Shown one piece after another: positions 46,869-55,758 of a stretch of 64,000 nucleotides of DNA. The notes beneath the pieces were generated by a model, which had not been told where the DNA came from, searched no databases, and saw only the letters and a program-made list of their open reading frames with translations. The translations under genes were made by a program, and so were the position numbers. Origin of the DNA: a bacterium (lineage in GTDB: Bacteria > Patescibacteriota > Minisyncoccia > Sungbacterales > HO2-52-23); the NCBI GenBank assembly GCA_030697525.1, contig JAUYPW010000013.1:2293-66292 (forward strand), given 5' to 3'. Numbering within the stretch: position 1 is the first letter of the stretch; each line of letters opens with the position of its first letter.

Positions 46869-47842
46869 ATTTAAGATTTTTAATTGTCGGCCTCGGTTCT
46901 ATGGGAAAGCGGCGTATTCGTAACCTGCTTTTTAATGGTGAGAGTGCTATTACTGGTTTTGATATTTTGCCGGAAAGGTGTCATGAGGCAGAAAAAAAAT
47001 ATGGAATAAAAATAATAAACAGGTTTAAAAACATAGCACCAAAGGACTTTGATGTCATGATAATTTCTACATCCCCAGAATTCCACGGAAACTATATTCG
47101 GTACGCTCTTAAGCACAAAAAACATTTTTTTGTTGAGCATCCCACCAACGCTGATGGTTATAAAAATATTTTTGGAAACAAAGATTCTGATACGGTAAAA
47201 GCTCCTTCGTGCACTCTACGATTCTACCGACCTATTTTGGCGATAAAAAAAATAATTGAGGAAGGGAAGATCGGAAAAATATTATCATTCCAATATCACA
47301 TGGGGCAATATCTTCCCGATTGGCATCCGTGGGAAGATTATCGAAAAGTTTATTTCTCTAAGAAAGAAACTGGTGCGTGTCGTGAGATGCTTCCTTTCGA
47401 ATTAATTTGGCTGAATTGGGTTTTGGGTTCCAAAGTAAAAGAAGCTCGCGGTTTTATACGGAAAGTATCAGAGCTAGATATGAAAGCGGAAGATGTGGTG
47501 ACCGCCAGTGTGCTTTACGAAAATAACATAACAGGGAATATCATGATTGATGTTGTTTCCAGAAAACCTTTCAGAACCTTACGAATTATGGGTTCCAAAG
47601 GGGTTTTGGATTGGGAAAAATTTGATTCAAACTTAAGACTATACGATGCCAAATCCCAAGAAACCAAAACCATATCAGTGCCCAAAGGTCATCCCGAAAC
47701 AGGCTATGTAAATGAGGAGGAAATGTACCAAAAAGAGATAAAGGCTTTTCTTGACGCTGTTTACGGCAAGGCAAAATATCCTTTTACTTTTGAGGAAAAC
47801 TTATTGAATCTTAAGGTGCTTTTTGGGCTTCTGCGCAAGTAG
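46865..47842 (+). CDS. Gfo/Idh/MocA family oxidoreductase
   Basis: VGLGSMGKRR, H.FVEHP and GQYLPDWHP.EDYR..Y motifs (type common in nonulosonate loci). Confidence 0.85.
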   Translation: MNLRFLIVGLGSMGKRRIRNLLFNGESAITGFDILPERCHEAEKKYGIKIINRFKNIAPKDFDVMIISTSPEFHGNYIRYALKHKKHFFVEHPTNADGYKNIFGNKDSDTVKAPSCTLRFYRPILAIKKIIEEGKIGKILSFQYHMGQYLPDWHPWEDYRKVYFSKKETGACREMLPFELIWLNWVLGSKVKEARGFIRKVSELDMKAEDVVTASVLYENNITGNIMIDVVSRKPFRTLRIMGSKGVLDWEKFDSNLRLYDAKSQETKTISVPKGHPETGYVNEEEMYQKEIKAFLDAVYGKAKYPFTFEENLLNLKVLFGLLRK

Positions 47843-47873
47843 TTACTTCCATTTTTAAGCAGGGGTTATAATA

Positions 47874-48144
47874 GGAGACCAGGATTCGAACTAACATCAA
47901 TTTAGTGAATCAATTCCCGTCCCAGATTCAAGGCGCGAGAAGCGAAGTGTATCTTTAGATACACGAGCGACGAGAAACGCAGAAGATGGGCGGGAATTGA
48001 TTCACCCGAAGGGAAGAGAGAATTTGGCCAATTTCTTCGTCACTCCTCGGAGAGGTGCTGGTCAGCACGATCTCCTTGTCGTTCCTAGAACTTGGCTCAA
48101 ATTCTCTCTTCTAAACTCTGATGCTAGTTCGAATCCTGGTCTCC
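47874..48144. mobile_element. 271-bp MITE-like, ERIC/RPE-like palindromic element with 26-bp terminal inverted repeats and two internal arms
   Basis: GGAGACCAGGATTCGAACTAACATCA (47874-47899) matches the reverse complement of 48119-48144 with 1 mismatch; arm 1 at 47905-48005; arm 2 at 48013-48111; no ORF. Confidence 0.75.
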
Positions 48145-48151
48145 AAAGTAT

Positions 48152-49207
48152 ATGGCGCAAAGAGTCTTAAAGATAGGAAGAAAATTGGTTGGTTCAGGCC
48201 AGCCCGTTTTTATAATCGCCGAGGCTGGAGTAAATCACAACGGCAGATTGGATTTGGCTTTGCGGCTTGTAGATGCTGCGGCTGGTGCCGGAGCCGATGC
48301 TATAAAATTCCAGACCTTCAAAGCGGAGGGGGTTGTCACTAAAGGCGGAGAATTAGTTGCCTATCAAAAAAATAATATAAGAAAATTCAAAAATCAGCTT
48401 GACATGCTTAGAAGTTTGGAAATAAAAGAATCGTTCTACAAATCTATTATCAAGCGATGCGAGAAAAAAAATATAATTTTTTTATCTACACCGCACGGTG
48501 GTTTCCAGAGCGTTGATTTTTTAGAAAAGTTTAAGGTATCAGCATTCAAATTCGGATCAGGCGATATTACCAATCTTCCTCTTTTGGCGTATGCCGCGCA
48601 TTTTAAAAAACCGATAATATTGGGAACCGGTATGTCTAATATGCAGGAGGTGAGAGATGCCATCCGGTGCATCAAGAAAGCTGGTAATGACAAAATTGTA
48701 GTTCTACACTGTACCACCAGCTATCCCTGCCCACATGATGAAGTTAATCTTGCGGCTATGAGAAGTATGGCAAAAGAGCTGGATGTTCTGATCGGCTATT
48801 CAGATCACACCCATGGTATCCAGGCGGCGGTTATGGCTACTACCCTAGGCGCTAGTGTAATTGAAAAACATCTCACTTTGGATAAAAATTTTTCTGGACC
48901 TGATCATAAAGCCTCTGTTGAGCCAAAAGAATTTAAAGAGATGGTTGAATGGTTGCGTAATATACCAATCGTCTTGGGAAGTTCTTCTAAGAAGCCCACA
49001 GAACAGGAGTTGCTACACCGTCATCTGGTTAGAAAGAGTTTGGTTGCAGATAAAGATATTATGAAAGGAGAAATTTTTACGGAAAATAATTTAGCCATAA
49101 AACGTCCCGGAACAGGTATGATGCCGGAGCGATATTTTTCAATCATCGGTAAAAGGGCAAAAAGAAATATAAGTAAAGATACAATATTGAGACAAAATGA
49201 TTATTGA
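48152..49207 (+). CDS. neuB: Nonulosonic acid synthase (NeuB/LegI family) with SAF domain
   Basis: IIAEAGVNHNG, KFQTF, LHCTTSYP, GYSDHT.G, IEKH.TLD....GPDH.AS and RKSL...KRPGTG motifs. Confidence 0.95.
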   Translation: MAQRVLKIGRKLVGSGQPVFIIAEAGVNHNGRLDLALRLVDAAAGAGADAIKFQTFKAEGVVTKGGELVAYQKNNIRKFKNQLDMLRSLEIKESFYKSIIKRCEKKNIIFLSTPHGGFQSVDFLEKFKVSAFKFGSGDITNLPLLAYAAHFKKPIILGTGMSNMQEVRDAIRCIKKAGNDKIVVLHCTTSYPCPHDEVNLAAMRSMAKELDVLIGYSDHTHGIQAAVMATTLGASVIEKHLTLDKNFSGPDHKASVEPKEFKEMVEWLRNIPIVLGSSSKKPTEQELLHRHLVRKSLVADKDIMKGEIFTENNLAIKRPGTGMMPERYFSIIGKRAKRNISKDTILRQNDY

Positions 49208-50345
49208 TAAACAAAATAAAAAAAATATCGCCTATATCTCTGGCAGCAGGGCGGATTTTGGAATTATGACCCCCGTGCTACGTGCCATAAAAAATAGTAA
49301 AAAGTTAAATCTTCAACTATATGCTACCGGTATGCATCTTATGAATGATTTTGGCGGGACGATAAATGAAATAAAGAAAGAATTCAGTGGGGTAGTTCCG
49401 ATTAAAACTTGGTTTAAAGGAAATGAAAGAAAATATACAGCTCGTTTTATGGGTTCTTTCTTGGAGAAAGTGGTCACGGTATTAGAAAAATATAAACCCG
49501 ACTTTCTGCTTGTAATGGGGGATCGCCCGGAGATGTTTTGTGTTGCCTTAGCGGGTCTTTACATGGGGATTCCTGTGGCTCATGTCCATGGAGGGGAGCG
49601 CACTACAACTGTTGATGAGAGCGCTCGTCATGCCATAACTAGACTAGCGCATCTACATTTTCCCGCCACCAAAGAATCGGCAGAAAGAATTAGAAAAATG
49701 GGGGAGGAAAAGTGGAGGATAACAACAGTTGGGGCTCCTGCGCTGGATACCATCATAAAGGAAAAGCTACCGACACGTGACGAATTATTTAGGTCATTAA
49801 ATATAAACCCGGCAGAAAAAATTGCGTTAGTTACTTTTCATCCGGTTAGTGAAAAGTGGCGTCTGTCCGGTCAGCAAATGGGAGAAATTATGGCCGCAAT
49901 CAAAGGTCTAAATATGGTTACTGTGATTATCTATCCCAATACTGATGCGGGTAGTCATTTTATCATCAATGAAATAGAAAAAGAAAAAAATAACCCCAGA
50001 TTTAGAATATATAAAAACTTGCCGTACAAACATTTTCTTGCTCTGGAGCGGGAAGCAAGTGTTTGGATTGGTAACAGCAGTGCTGCCATGATAGAATCCG
50101 CTTACTTTGGCACCCCAGTTGTAAATGTGGGTGACCGCCAGCGCAACCGAGAAAGGGGTGATAATGTGATAGATGTAAGGTGTATAAAAAAAGATGTTGT
50201 TTCAGCAATTAGGAAAAGTATTTTCAAAGAAAAAAGATACGGTAAAAAAATATGGGGAGATGGACGGGCCAGTAAGCGCATCGTCAAAATCCTAGAGGAT
50301 CTAAAAATTACAAATCGTTTATTAGAAAAACAAATAACTTATTAA
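49197..50345 (+). CDS. neuC: Hydrolysing UDP-N-acetylhexosamine 2-epimerase (NeuC/LegG family)
   Basis: GSRADFG, TGMHL...FG.T, GDR.E, H.HGGE, DE..RHAIT.LAH.HF, YPN.DAG and GNSS motifs. Confidence 0.9.
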   Translation: MIIDKQNKKNIAYISGSRADFGIMTPVLRAIKNSKKLNLQLYATGMHLMNDFGGTINEIKKEFSGVVPIKTWFKGNERKYTARFMGSFLEKVVTVLEKYKPDFLLVMGDRPEMFCVALAGLYMGIPVAHVHGGERTTTVDESARHAITRLAHLHFPATKESAERIRKMGEEKWRITTVGAPALDTIIKEKLPTRDELFRSLNINPAEKIALVTFHPVSEKWRLSGQQMGEIMAAIKGLNMVTVIIYPNTDAGSHFIINEIEKEKNNPRFRIYKNLPYKHFLALEREASVWIGNSSAAMIESAYFGTPVVNVGDRQRNRERGDNVIDVRCIKKDVVSAIRKSIFKEKRYGKKIWGDGRASKRIVKILEDLKITNRLLEKQITY

Positions 50346-50350
50346 GTTAT

Positions 50351-50962
50351 ATGAAAGAAGTAATTATTATTGGGGCTGGGCAAAATGGTCAGGTCGTAAA
50401 AAATATTATTTCTCTGGATAAAAATACCAAAGTAATTGGTTTTCTTGATGATGCTAAACATGGCCGGGAAATTGTTGGCCTGGTGGCTGATTTTTTAAAG
50501 TTTAAAAAAAGAGGATGTGAATTTTTTATCTCCGTTGGGGATAACGAAGTAAGATCAAAAATTTTCCTAAAACTGCAAAAAAATAATGTAAAGTTTATAA
50601 ACGCAATTCATCCCTCTTCTTGTATAGAATCGTCAGCCAGCTTGGGCAGAAATATTATGATTGGCGCCTTTTCGTACCTTAATGTCAACTGCGTAGTGGG
50701 TGACAATACATTCATAAATAATGGTTGTATTATAGAGCACGATGTTAACATTGGGGCACATTGTCATCTAGCACCCGGGGTGGTTACGGCGGGCGAGACA
50801 GTAATTGGAGATAGGGTTTTTGTGGGTATAGGCGCTATGTTGCGGGATAGGATTAGAATTGGAAATAATTCTGTTATTGGTGCTGGTTCCAATGTTGTGT
50901 CTGATACTAAGGCCGGTGCAATGTATTATGGTAATCCGGCAAAATTTGTAAAAAAATTATGA
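50351..50962 (+). CDS. neuD: NeuD/PglD-family sugar acetyltransferase
   Basis: IIGAG..G, GFLDD, VGDN..R, IEHD..IG.H.H.APG, hexapeptide repeats and GNPAK. Confidence 0.85.
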   Translation: MKEVIIIGAGQNGQVVKNIISLDKNTKVIGFLDDAKHGREIVGLVADFLKFKKRGCEFFISVGDNEVRSKIFLKLQKNNVKFINAIHPSSCIESSASLGRNIMIGAFSYLNVNCVVGDNTFINNGCIIEHDVNIGAHCHLAPGVVTAGETVIGDRVFVGIGAMLRDRIRIGNNSVIGAGSNVVSDTKAGAMYYGNPAKFVKKL

Positions 50963-51456
50963 AGTACAAATATTGCTCGCTGTGCGGGAACACCCTGCGT
51001 CAGCGAAAAGACGGAAGGTTAGCCTGCACTAAATGCGATTTTGTTAATTATCAAAATCCTCGCCCGACAGTAACTGTTGTGGTTCTGCATAACAACAAAC
51101 TGCTTCTTACCAAAAGAGCCAGAGAGCCTTTCCAAGACTGGTGGGATTTGCCGGGTGGTTTTATTGAAAAGGGGGAGAGGCCGGAGGAAGCGGCATGTAG
51201 GGAATTGTGGGAAGAGACTCGACTCAAAATAAAAATAAAAAGTTTGTTTGGAATATACCCTGGAGTTTATCCCTCTAAGAAAGAACCTTTTTCAGTTTTA
51301 AGTATTGTTTATATCGCAGAGTGTAAAACCGCGAACTTAAAAGCTTTGGACGATGTTGCTGAAGGTAAATGGTTTGAGAAAGAAAAGATTCCCACAAAAA
51401 TTGCTTTTGACAGTAACCAAAAGGTTATTAAAGAATTCCTACGTTTATGGAAATAA
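50959..51456 (+). CDS. NUDIX hydrolase with N-terminal Zn ribbon
   Basis: YCSLCG...CTKC...YQNP; Nudix box GGFIEKGERPEEAACRELWEET.L. Confidence 0.9.
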   Translation: MKYKYCSLCGNTLRQRKDGRLACTKCDFVNYQNPRPTVTVVVLHNNKLLLTKRAREPFQDWWDLPGGFIEKGERPEEAACRELWEETRLKIKIKSLFGIYPGVYPSKKEPFSVLSIVYIAECKTANLKALDDVAEGKWFEKEKIPTKIAFDSNQKVIKEFLRLWK

Positions 51457-52124
51457 AGGATTTTGACTATTATTTTGACTTAAGTAAATTTGCGCATAAA
51501 AATCTTTTCGCTAACTGCGAATATGTATTTGATTTCTTAAAACATCTCGAAGGTTATATAAGGGCCAACCTGAATTCTGCCGTTTTGGGCAAGGTTTTAT
51601 CTGGAGCTATTGTTGAGGATAATGTGTATATAGGCAGGAACAGCGTGGTTCAACCCGGAGCTTGGGTACGAGGACCTTCTATAATTGGAGACAATTGTGA
51701 AATACGACATGGGGCTTATGTTGGGTCCAATACACTCACCGGTAACGGGGTTATTATTGGACACGCCTCGGAAGTGAGCAACTCTGTTTTTTTGGATAAT
51801 GCTCGGGCTCCGCATTTTGCGTTTGTGGGGCATAGTATATTGGGTAATCGAGTAAACTTAGGAGCTGGTACCAAGCTATCTAATCTTAAAATTACTGCAA
51901 AAGAAATAGAACTAGATAATATTAAAACCGGCCTTCTGAAGCTAGGAGCAATAATAGGGGACGACAGTTCTTTGGGGTGCAACACTGTTACCCAACCAGC
52001 GACGTTTCTTGGGAAAAAAGTTTTCAGTTATCCCGAAACTTTACTGCGAGGCTTTATCCCCTCCAGCACTATTATCAAACTTAGGCAGCAGCAGGAAATC
52101 ACACCATTTAATGAAAAGATCTAA
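51447..52124 (+). CDS. Left-handed beta-helix acyltransferase (archaeal GlmU C-terminal-like)
   Basis: Hexapeptide repeats; GP.IIG.NCEIRHGAY, PHF.FVG.SILG..VNLGAGT..SN and KLGAIIGD motifs. Confidence 0.8.
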   Translation: MEIKDFDYYFDLSKFAHKNLFANCEYVFDFLKHLEGYIRANLNSAVLGKVLSGAIVEDNVYIGRNSVVQPGAWVRGPSIIGDNCEIRHGAYVGSNTLTGNGVIIGHASEVSNSVFLDNARAPHFAFVGHSILGNRVNLGAGTKLSNLKITAKEIELDNIKTGLLKLGAIIGDDSSLGCNTVTQPATFLGKKVFSYPETLLRGFIPSSTIIKLRQQQEITPFNEKI

Positions 52125-53259
52125 TGGCAATAAAAAATATCCTCTGGCAAAGCCAAACATCGGCCGAGAAGAAATTGCCAATGTTACAAAAGTATTACAT
52201 TCCGGGATATTGAGTCTCGGAAATTTTGCAAAAAGATTTGAAAATGAATTTGCGAGAAAGATAGGAACCAAACATGCCTGTGCGGTGTCCAGCGGTACCG
52301 CCGGGTTACATTTGGCGCTACTTGCGGCAGGAATTAAAGATGGAGATGAAGTCATAACTACTCCTTTTTCTTTTGTGGCATCTGCCAATAGCATTCTCTA
52401 TGTTGGAGCAAAACCGGTGTTTGTGGATATTGAACCAGATACTTATAATATTGATCCTGAAAAAATTGAGAAAGTAATTACTCCAAAAACCAAAGCCATC
52501 TTGGTGGTTCATATATTTGGACAGGCCTGTAACATGACCCCCATACTAAGGATTGCCCAAAAACATAAACTGAAAATTATTGAAGATGCGTGTGAATCTT
52601 TGCTAGCTGAATACAAAAATAAAAAGACGGGTACTTTTGGGGAATCGGCTGTATTTGCTTTTTATCCTAATAAGCAAATTACCACCGGTGAGGGTGGCAT
52701 GATTATCACCAATAATCAATCAATAAACGCTCTGTGCCGATCTTTAAGAAACCAAGGCCGTTCTCCGGATATGAAGTGGCTAAACCACGAAAGATTGGGT
52801 TATAACTATAGGATGGACGAGATGAGCGCAGCTTTGGGACTTGCCCAGCTTGGCAAGGTGGACAAGATACTCAAAGAGCGAGCCAATGTAGCATACTTAT
52901 ATCACAAGCACCTGCTTCCGTATAAAAGTATTCTGTCAATTCCGAAAATTGCCGCACATAATACTCATACCTGGTTTGTATATGTGGTAAGAATATTAAA
53001 TCGCGATGTAGATAGGGATAAGGTGATTACTGATTTAGAAAAAATTGGTATAGAGACAAAACCATATTTACCATCTATACACCTGTTCAGTTTTTATAAA
53101 AATAAGTTTGGGTATAAAAAAGGCGATTTTCCGATAGCAGAGGAAGTAAGCCAGAATACCTTAGCGCTACCTTTTTATATAGGGATTAAAGAAAAGGATA
53201 TAATTAAAATAGTTGTAGCTTTGATTAAGGTTATCGAAAAAAATGGAAAAGGAATTTAA
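52111..53259 (+). CDS. DegT-family sugar aminotransferase (PglE/LegC-like)
   Basis: SSGTAGLHL, VHIFGQ, EDACES, FAFYPNKQITTGEGG and GYNYR motifs; likely start ATG 52111. Confidence 0.9.
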   Translation: MKRSNGNKKYPLAKPNIGREEIANVTKVLHSGILSLGNFAKRFENEFARKIGTKHACAVSSGTAGLHLALLAAGIKDGDEVITTPFSFVASANSILYVGAKPVFVDIEPDTYNIDPEKIEKVITPKTKAILVVHIFGQACNMTPILRIAQKHKLKIIEDACESLLAEYKNKKTGTFGESAVFAFYPNKQITTGEGGMIITNNQSINALCRSLRNQGRSPDMKWLNHERLGYNYRMDEMSAALGLAQLGKVDKILKERANVAYLYHKHLLPYKSILSIPKIAAHNTHTWFVYVVRILNRDVDRDKVITDLEKIGIETKPYLPSIHLFSFYKNKFGYKKGDFPIAEEVSQNTLALPFYIGIKEKDIIKIVVALIKVIEKNGKGI

Positions 53260-54262
53260 AGGAAAAAGAATTTTAGTCACCGGAGGAACGGGCTCTATTG
53301 GCTCGGCAATTGTAAAAGAGCTTTTGAGATATAAACCCTATCAAATTAGGGTTTATAGCCGTGACGAGACCAAACAGTTTGAGTTAAGCCACGAATTGGA
53401 TCCTAAAGCTCCAGTCAATTTTTTGATAGGCGATATTCGGGATAAAGAGCGTCTTAATATGGCTATGGAAAATATTGACATAGTCTTTCATGCCGCGGCC
53501 ATGAAGCATGTGGCTGCCTGCGAGAAAAATCCCTTTGAGGCGGTAAAGACCAATATCCAAGGTACGCAAAACGTCATTGATTGCGCTTTTACTAATGGGG
53601 TAGATAAAGTTATAGGTATTTCAACCGACAAGGCGGCCGATCCGACAAATGTCATGGGGTGTACTAAGTTACTAGCGGAGAAAATAATGTTGGCTACTTA
53701 TTTTTACAAAGGCAAGAAGAAAACTAGGTTTTGTTTCGTTCGTTTTGGCAATGTATTGGGATCACGGGGGTCGGTTGTGCCGCTTTTTATAAAGCAGGCA
53801 AAAAGTGGTGGGCCGGTAACAATTACTGACCCTGCCATGACCAGATTTTTTATGTCTGTGTCACAGGCCGTAAACCTGATTTTCAAGGCAACCAAACTAA
53901 TGAAAGATCGGGAAATTTTTGTTTTAAAAATGCCAGTAGCCAATATAAAAGATTTAGCTCTGGTAGTGGTGGATTCAATAAAAGCCAAAAATAATAGCGT
54001 AGACAAGAGAATAGAAATTAAGGTGATTGGTAAAAAAAACGGGGAGAGAGTGCATGAGAAGCTACTAACGAGAGAAGAATCGGAAGTTGCTTTAGAAACG
54101 GACGAAATGTTTGTAATAACCCCAGATTTAAGCGTGGAAAAAAACAGCGCAGGACACAATTCTTATTATAAATCAAAAAAAGCTAAAGTAAGGGAGTATT
54201 CTTCTAAAGATCAATCGCTTCTTTCTCCAGAGGCTATTAAAAAAATACTTCTTGAAATATGA
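53243..54262 (+). CDS. UDP-GlcNAc 4,6-dehydratase family (Polysacc_synt_2; PglF/CapD/FnlA-like)
   Basis: TGGTGSIG, HAAAMKHV..CE.NP.EAVKTN, STDKA..P.NVMG.TK (Met-type, not PseB Tyr-type) and RFGNVLGSRGSV motifs. Confidence 0.9.
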   Translation: MEKEFKGKRILVTGGTGSIGSAIVKELLRYKPYQIRVYSRDETKQFELSHELDPKAPVNFLIGDIRDKERLNMAMENIDIVFHAAAMKHVAACEKNPFEAVKTNIQGTQNVIDCAFTNGVDKVIGISTDKAADPTNVMGCTKLLAEKIMLATYFYKGKKKTRFCFVRFGNVLGSRGSVVPLFIKQAKSGGPVTITDPAMTRFFMSVSQAVNLIFKATKLMKDREIFVLKMPVANIKDLALVVVDSIKAKNNSVDKRIEIKVIGKKNGERVHEKLLTREESEVALETDEMFVITPDLSVEKNSAGHNSYYKSKKAKVREYSSKDQSLLSPEAIKKILLEI

Positions 54263-55758
54263 ATGATCGGGTAGCTGACAACAAGGGCGCTTTAGCCAAA
54301 GCGATACACAGTGGCAAATGGATGTTATACGGCACAGCCACACAAAAAATCCTTAGTGTGGCCACTTTTTTTATATTGGCGCGTATTCTCACTCCAGAAC
54401 ACTACGGAATCATTGCTGTGGTATTGATGATTACCTCAACCACCAACCTAATGACTAGCCACGGGCTAGAGATGGCCATCGCTCAACGAGGTGTAGATGT
54501 AGAAAAATATTTGGACTCAATCTGGACCCTCAATATACTACGAGCTCTTGCGCTGGCCATTTTAATCTTTATATTGTCTAAGCCGTTGAGTATTTTTTTC
54601 CATATCCCGACCGCTGTAAATATTCTGCGAGTTGGTGGCCTGTTGTTAATTGCCATCCATTTGATTAATGTTCGTCAGATACACTTTGTTATAAATCTTG
54701 ATTTTAAAAAACTTTTTTGGAGAGATTTTGCCGGACAAATAGCTTACACAATTTCCGCCTTAAGCTGGGCTTTGTTTGTCCAGGCATCAGCCTGGGCGCT
54801 CTTGGTGGGGCATATGGCGCGCCAGATAGTGTCCGATGTGGTTACTTATATTGAATATCCTTGTTGGCCGCGGCTATCTTTCAAATTCCGCCCCCTTTTA
54901 AATTTTATAGGTTATAGCAAGTGGATTAGCGGCCAAGTTGTGCTGGACTACATAACTAATTTTATAGACCCAATTTTTGTGGGCCGTATGCTAGGACCGA
55001 GTAATTTGGGCTTGTACTCCAAAGCCAATGAGCTGGCTTCTACCGCTACCGCTACCCTTTTAAGCATTATGCGCAAAATAAGTTTTTACGCTTATAATAC
55101 TGTCCAGTCTGATCTGCAGAAAATTCAAAAAGGTTTTATCAAGAGTTTAGATGTTATCGGCTTAATAATGTTCCCGTTCAGTTTTTTAATTTTTATAGAA
55201 GGGGAGGCCATAGTCTCTATGTTATTGGGGCAAAGATGGTTATTGCTGGTTGTTCCGCTTAAAATTTTGGCTATAGCTAATTTTTTAGACTCAATATCAG
55301 GCATATTTAACCCAGTCTTTAATATTCTAGGAAAGCCAAAGATTAATGCTTATGCCACACTATTGAGATTAATATCGTCGTTGGCGCTTTTATATTTTGC
55401 CGCTAAATGGTGGGGCATGACGGGGGTTGCCGTAGCCATTCTGATTATGGCTTTTCTGGTTTTGTTGTATAATATTTGGGAATCAATGGCGCTCTTAAAG
55501 CTGGGGTGGCGAAAAGTAATGCCAAGTATTTTACAACCAGTGGTATCTCTCGTGCCGTTGTTTGTTTTATTTTTATTCCTACAAGAATCGATACACAAAA
55601 TAGAAAACGCTTATCTCACTGTTGTTTGGCTGATATTACTTCTTGCGATATACGCGATATCTTTTCTTTTATTGAGTAGATTTTTCAAGCAAGGGCCTCG
55701 TAACACAATAATAGATATACTGGCTGAATTTAAACACAAAGGAGATCTTATATCTTAA
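54259..55758 (+). CDS. wzx: Wzx/WzxC-like oligosaccharide flippase
   Basis: ILARILTPEHYG, D..FVGRMLG..LGLYSKA and LLG.RW motifs; 12-14 TM segments. Confidence 0.9.
   Translation: MNDRVADNKGALAKAIHSGKWMLYGTATQKILSVATFFILARILTPEHYGIIAVVLMITSTTNLMTSHGLEMAIAQRGVDVEKYLDSIWTLNILRALALAILIFILSKPLSIFFHIPTAVNILRVGGLLLIAIHLINVRQIHFVINLDFKKLFWRDFAGQIAYTISALSWALFVQASAWALLVGHMARQIVSDVVTYIEYPCWPRLSFKFRPLLNFIGYSKWISGQVVLDYITNFIDPIFVGRMLGPSNLGLYSKANELASTATATLLSIMRKISFYAYNTVQSDLQKIQKGFIKSLDVIGLIMFPFSFLIFIEGEAIVSMLLGQRWLLLVVPLKILAIANFLDSISGIFNPVFNILGKPKINAYATLLRLISSLALLYFAAKWWGMTGVAVAILIMAFLVLLYNIWESMALLKLGWRKVMPSILQPVVSLVPLFVLFLFLQESIHKIENAYLTVVWLILLLAIYAISFLLLSRFFKQGPRNTIIDILAEFKHKGDLIS

Noticed and set aside
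48119-48145. tRNA or tmRNA 3' end suggested by GTTCGAATCC and a GGAGACC/GGTCTCC stem
   Set aside because: The T-stem does not pair in register, there are no D or anticodon arms and no CCA, and the motif is simply part of a 26-bp terminal inverted repeat
48121-48342. 73-aa ORF starting inside the palindromic element
   Set aside because: Out-of-frame overlap with neuB, no RBS and no transposase motifs
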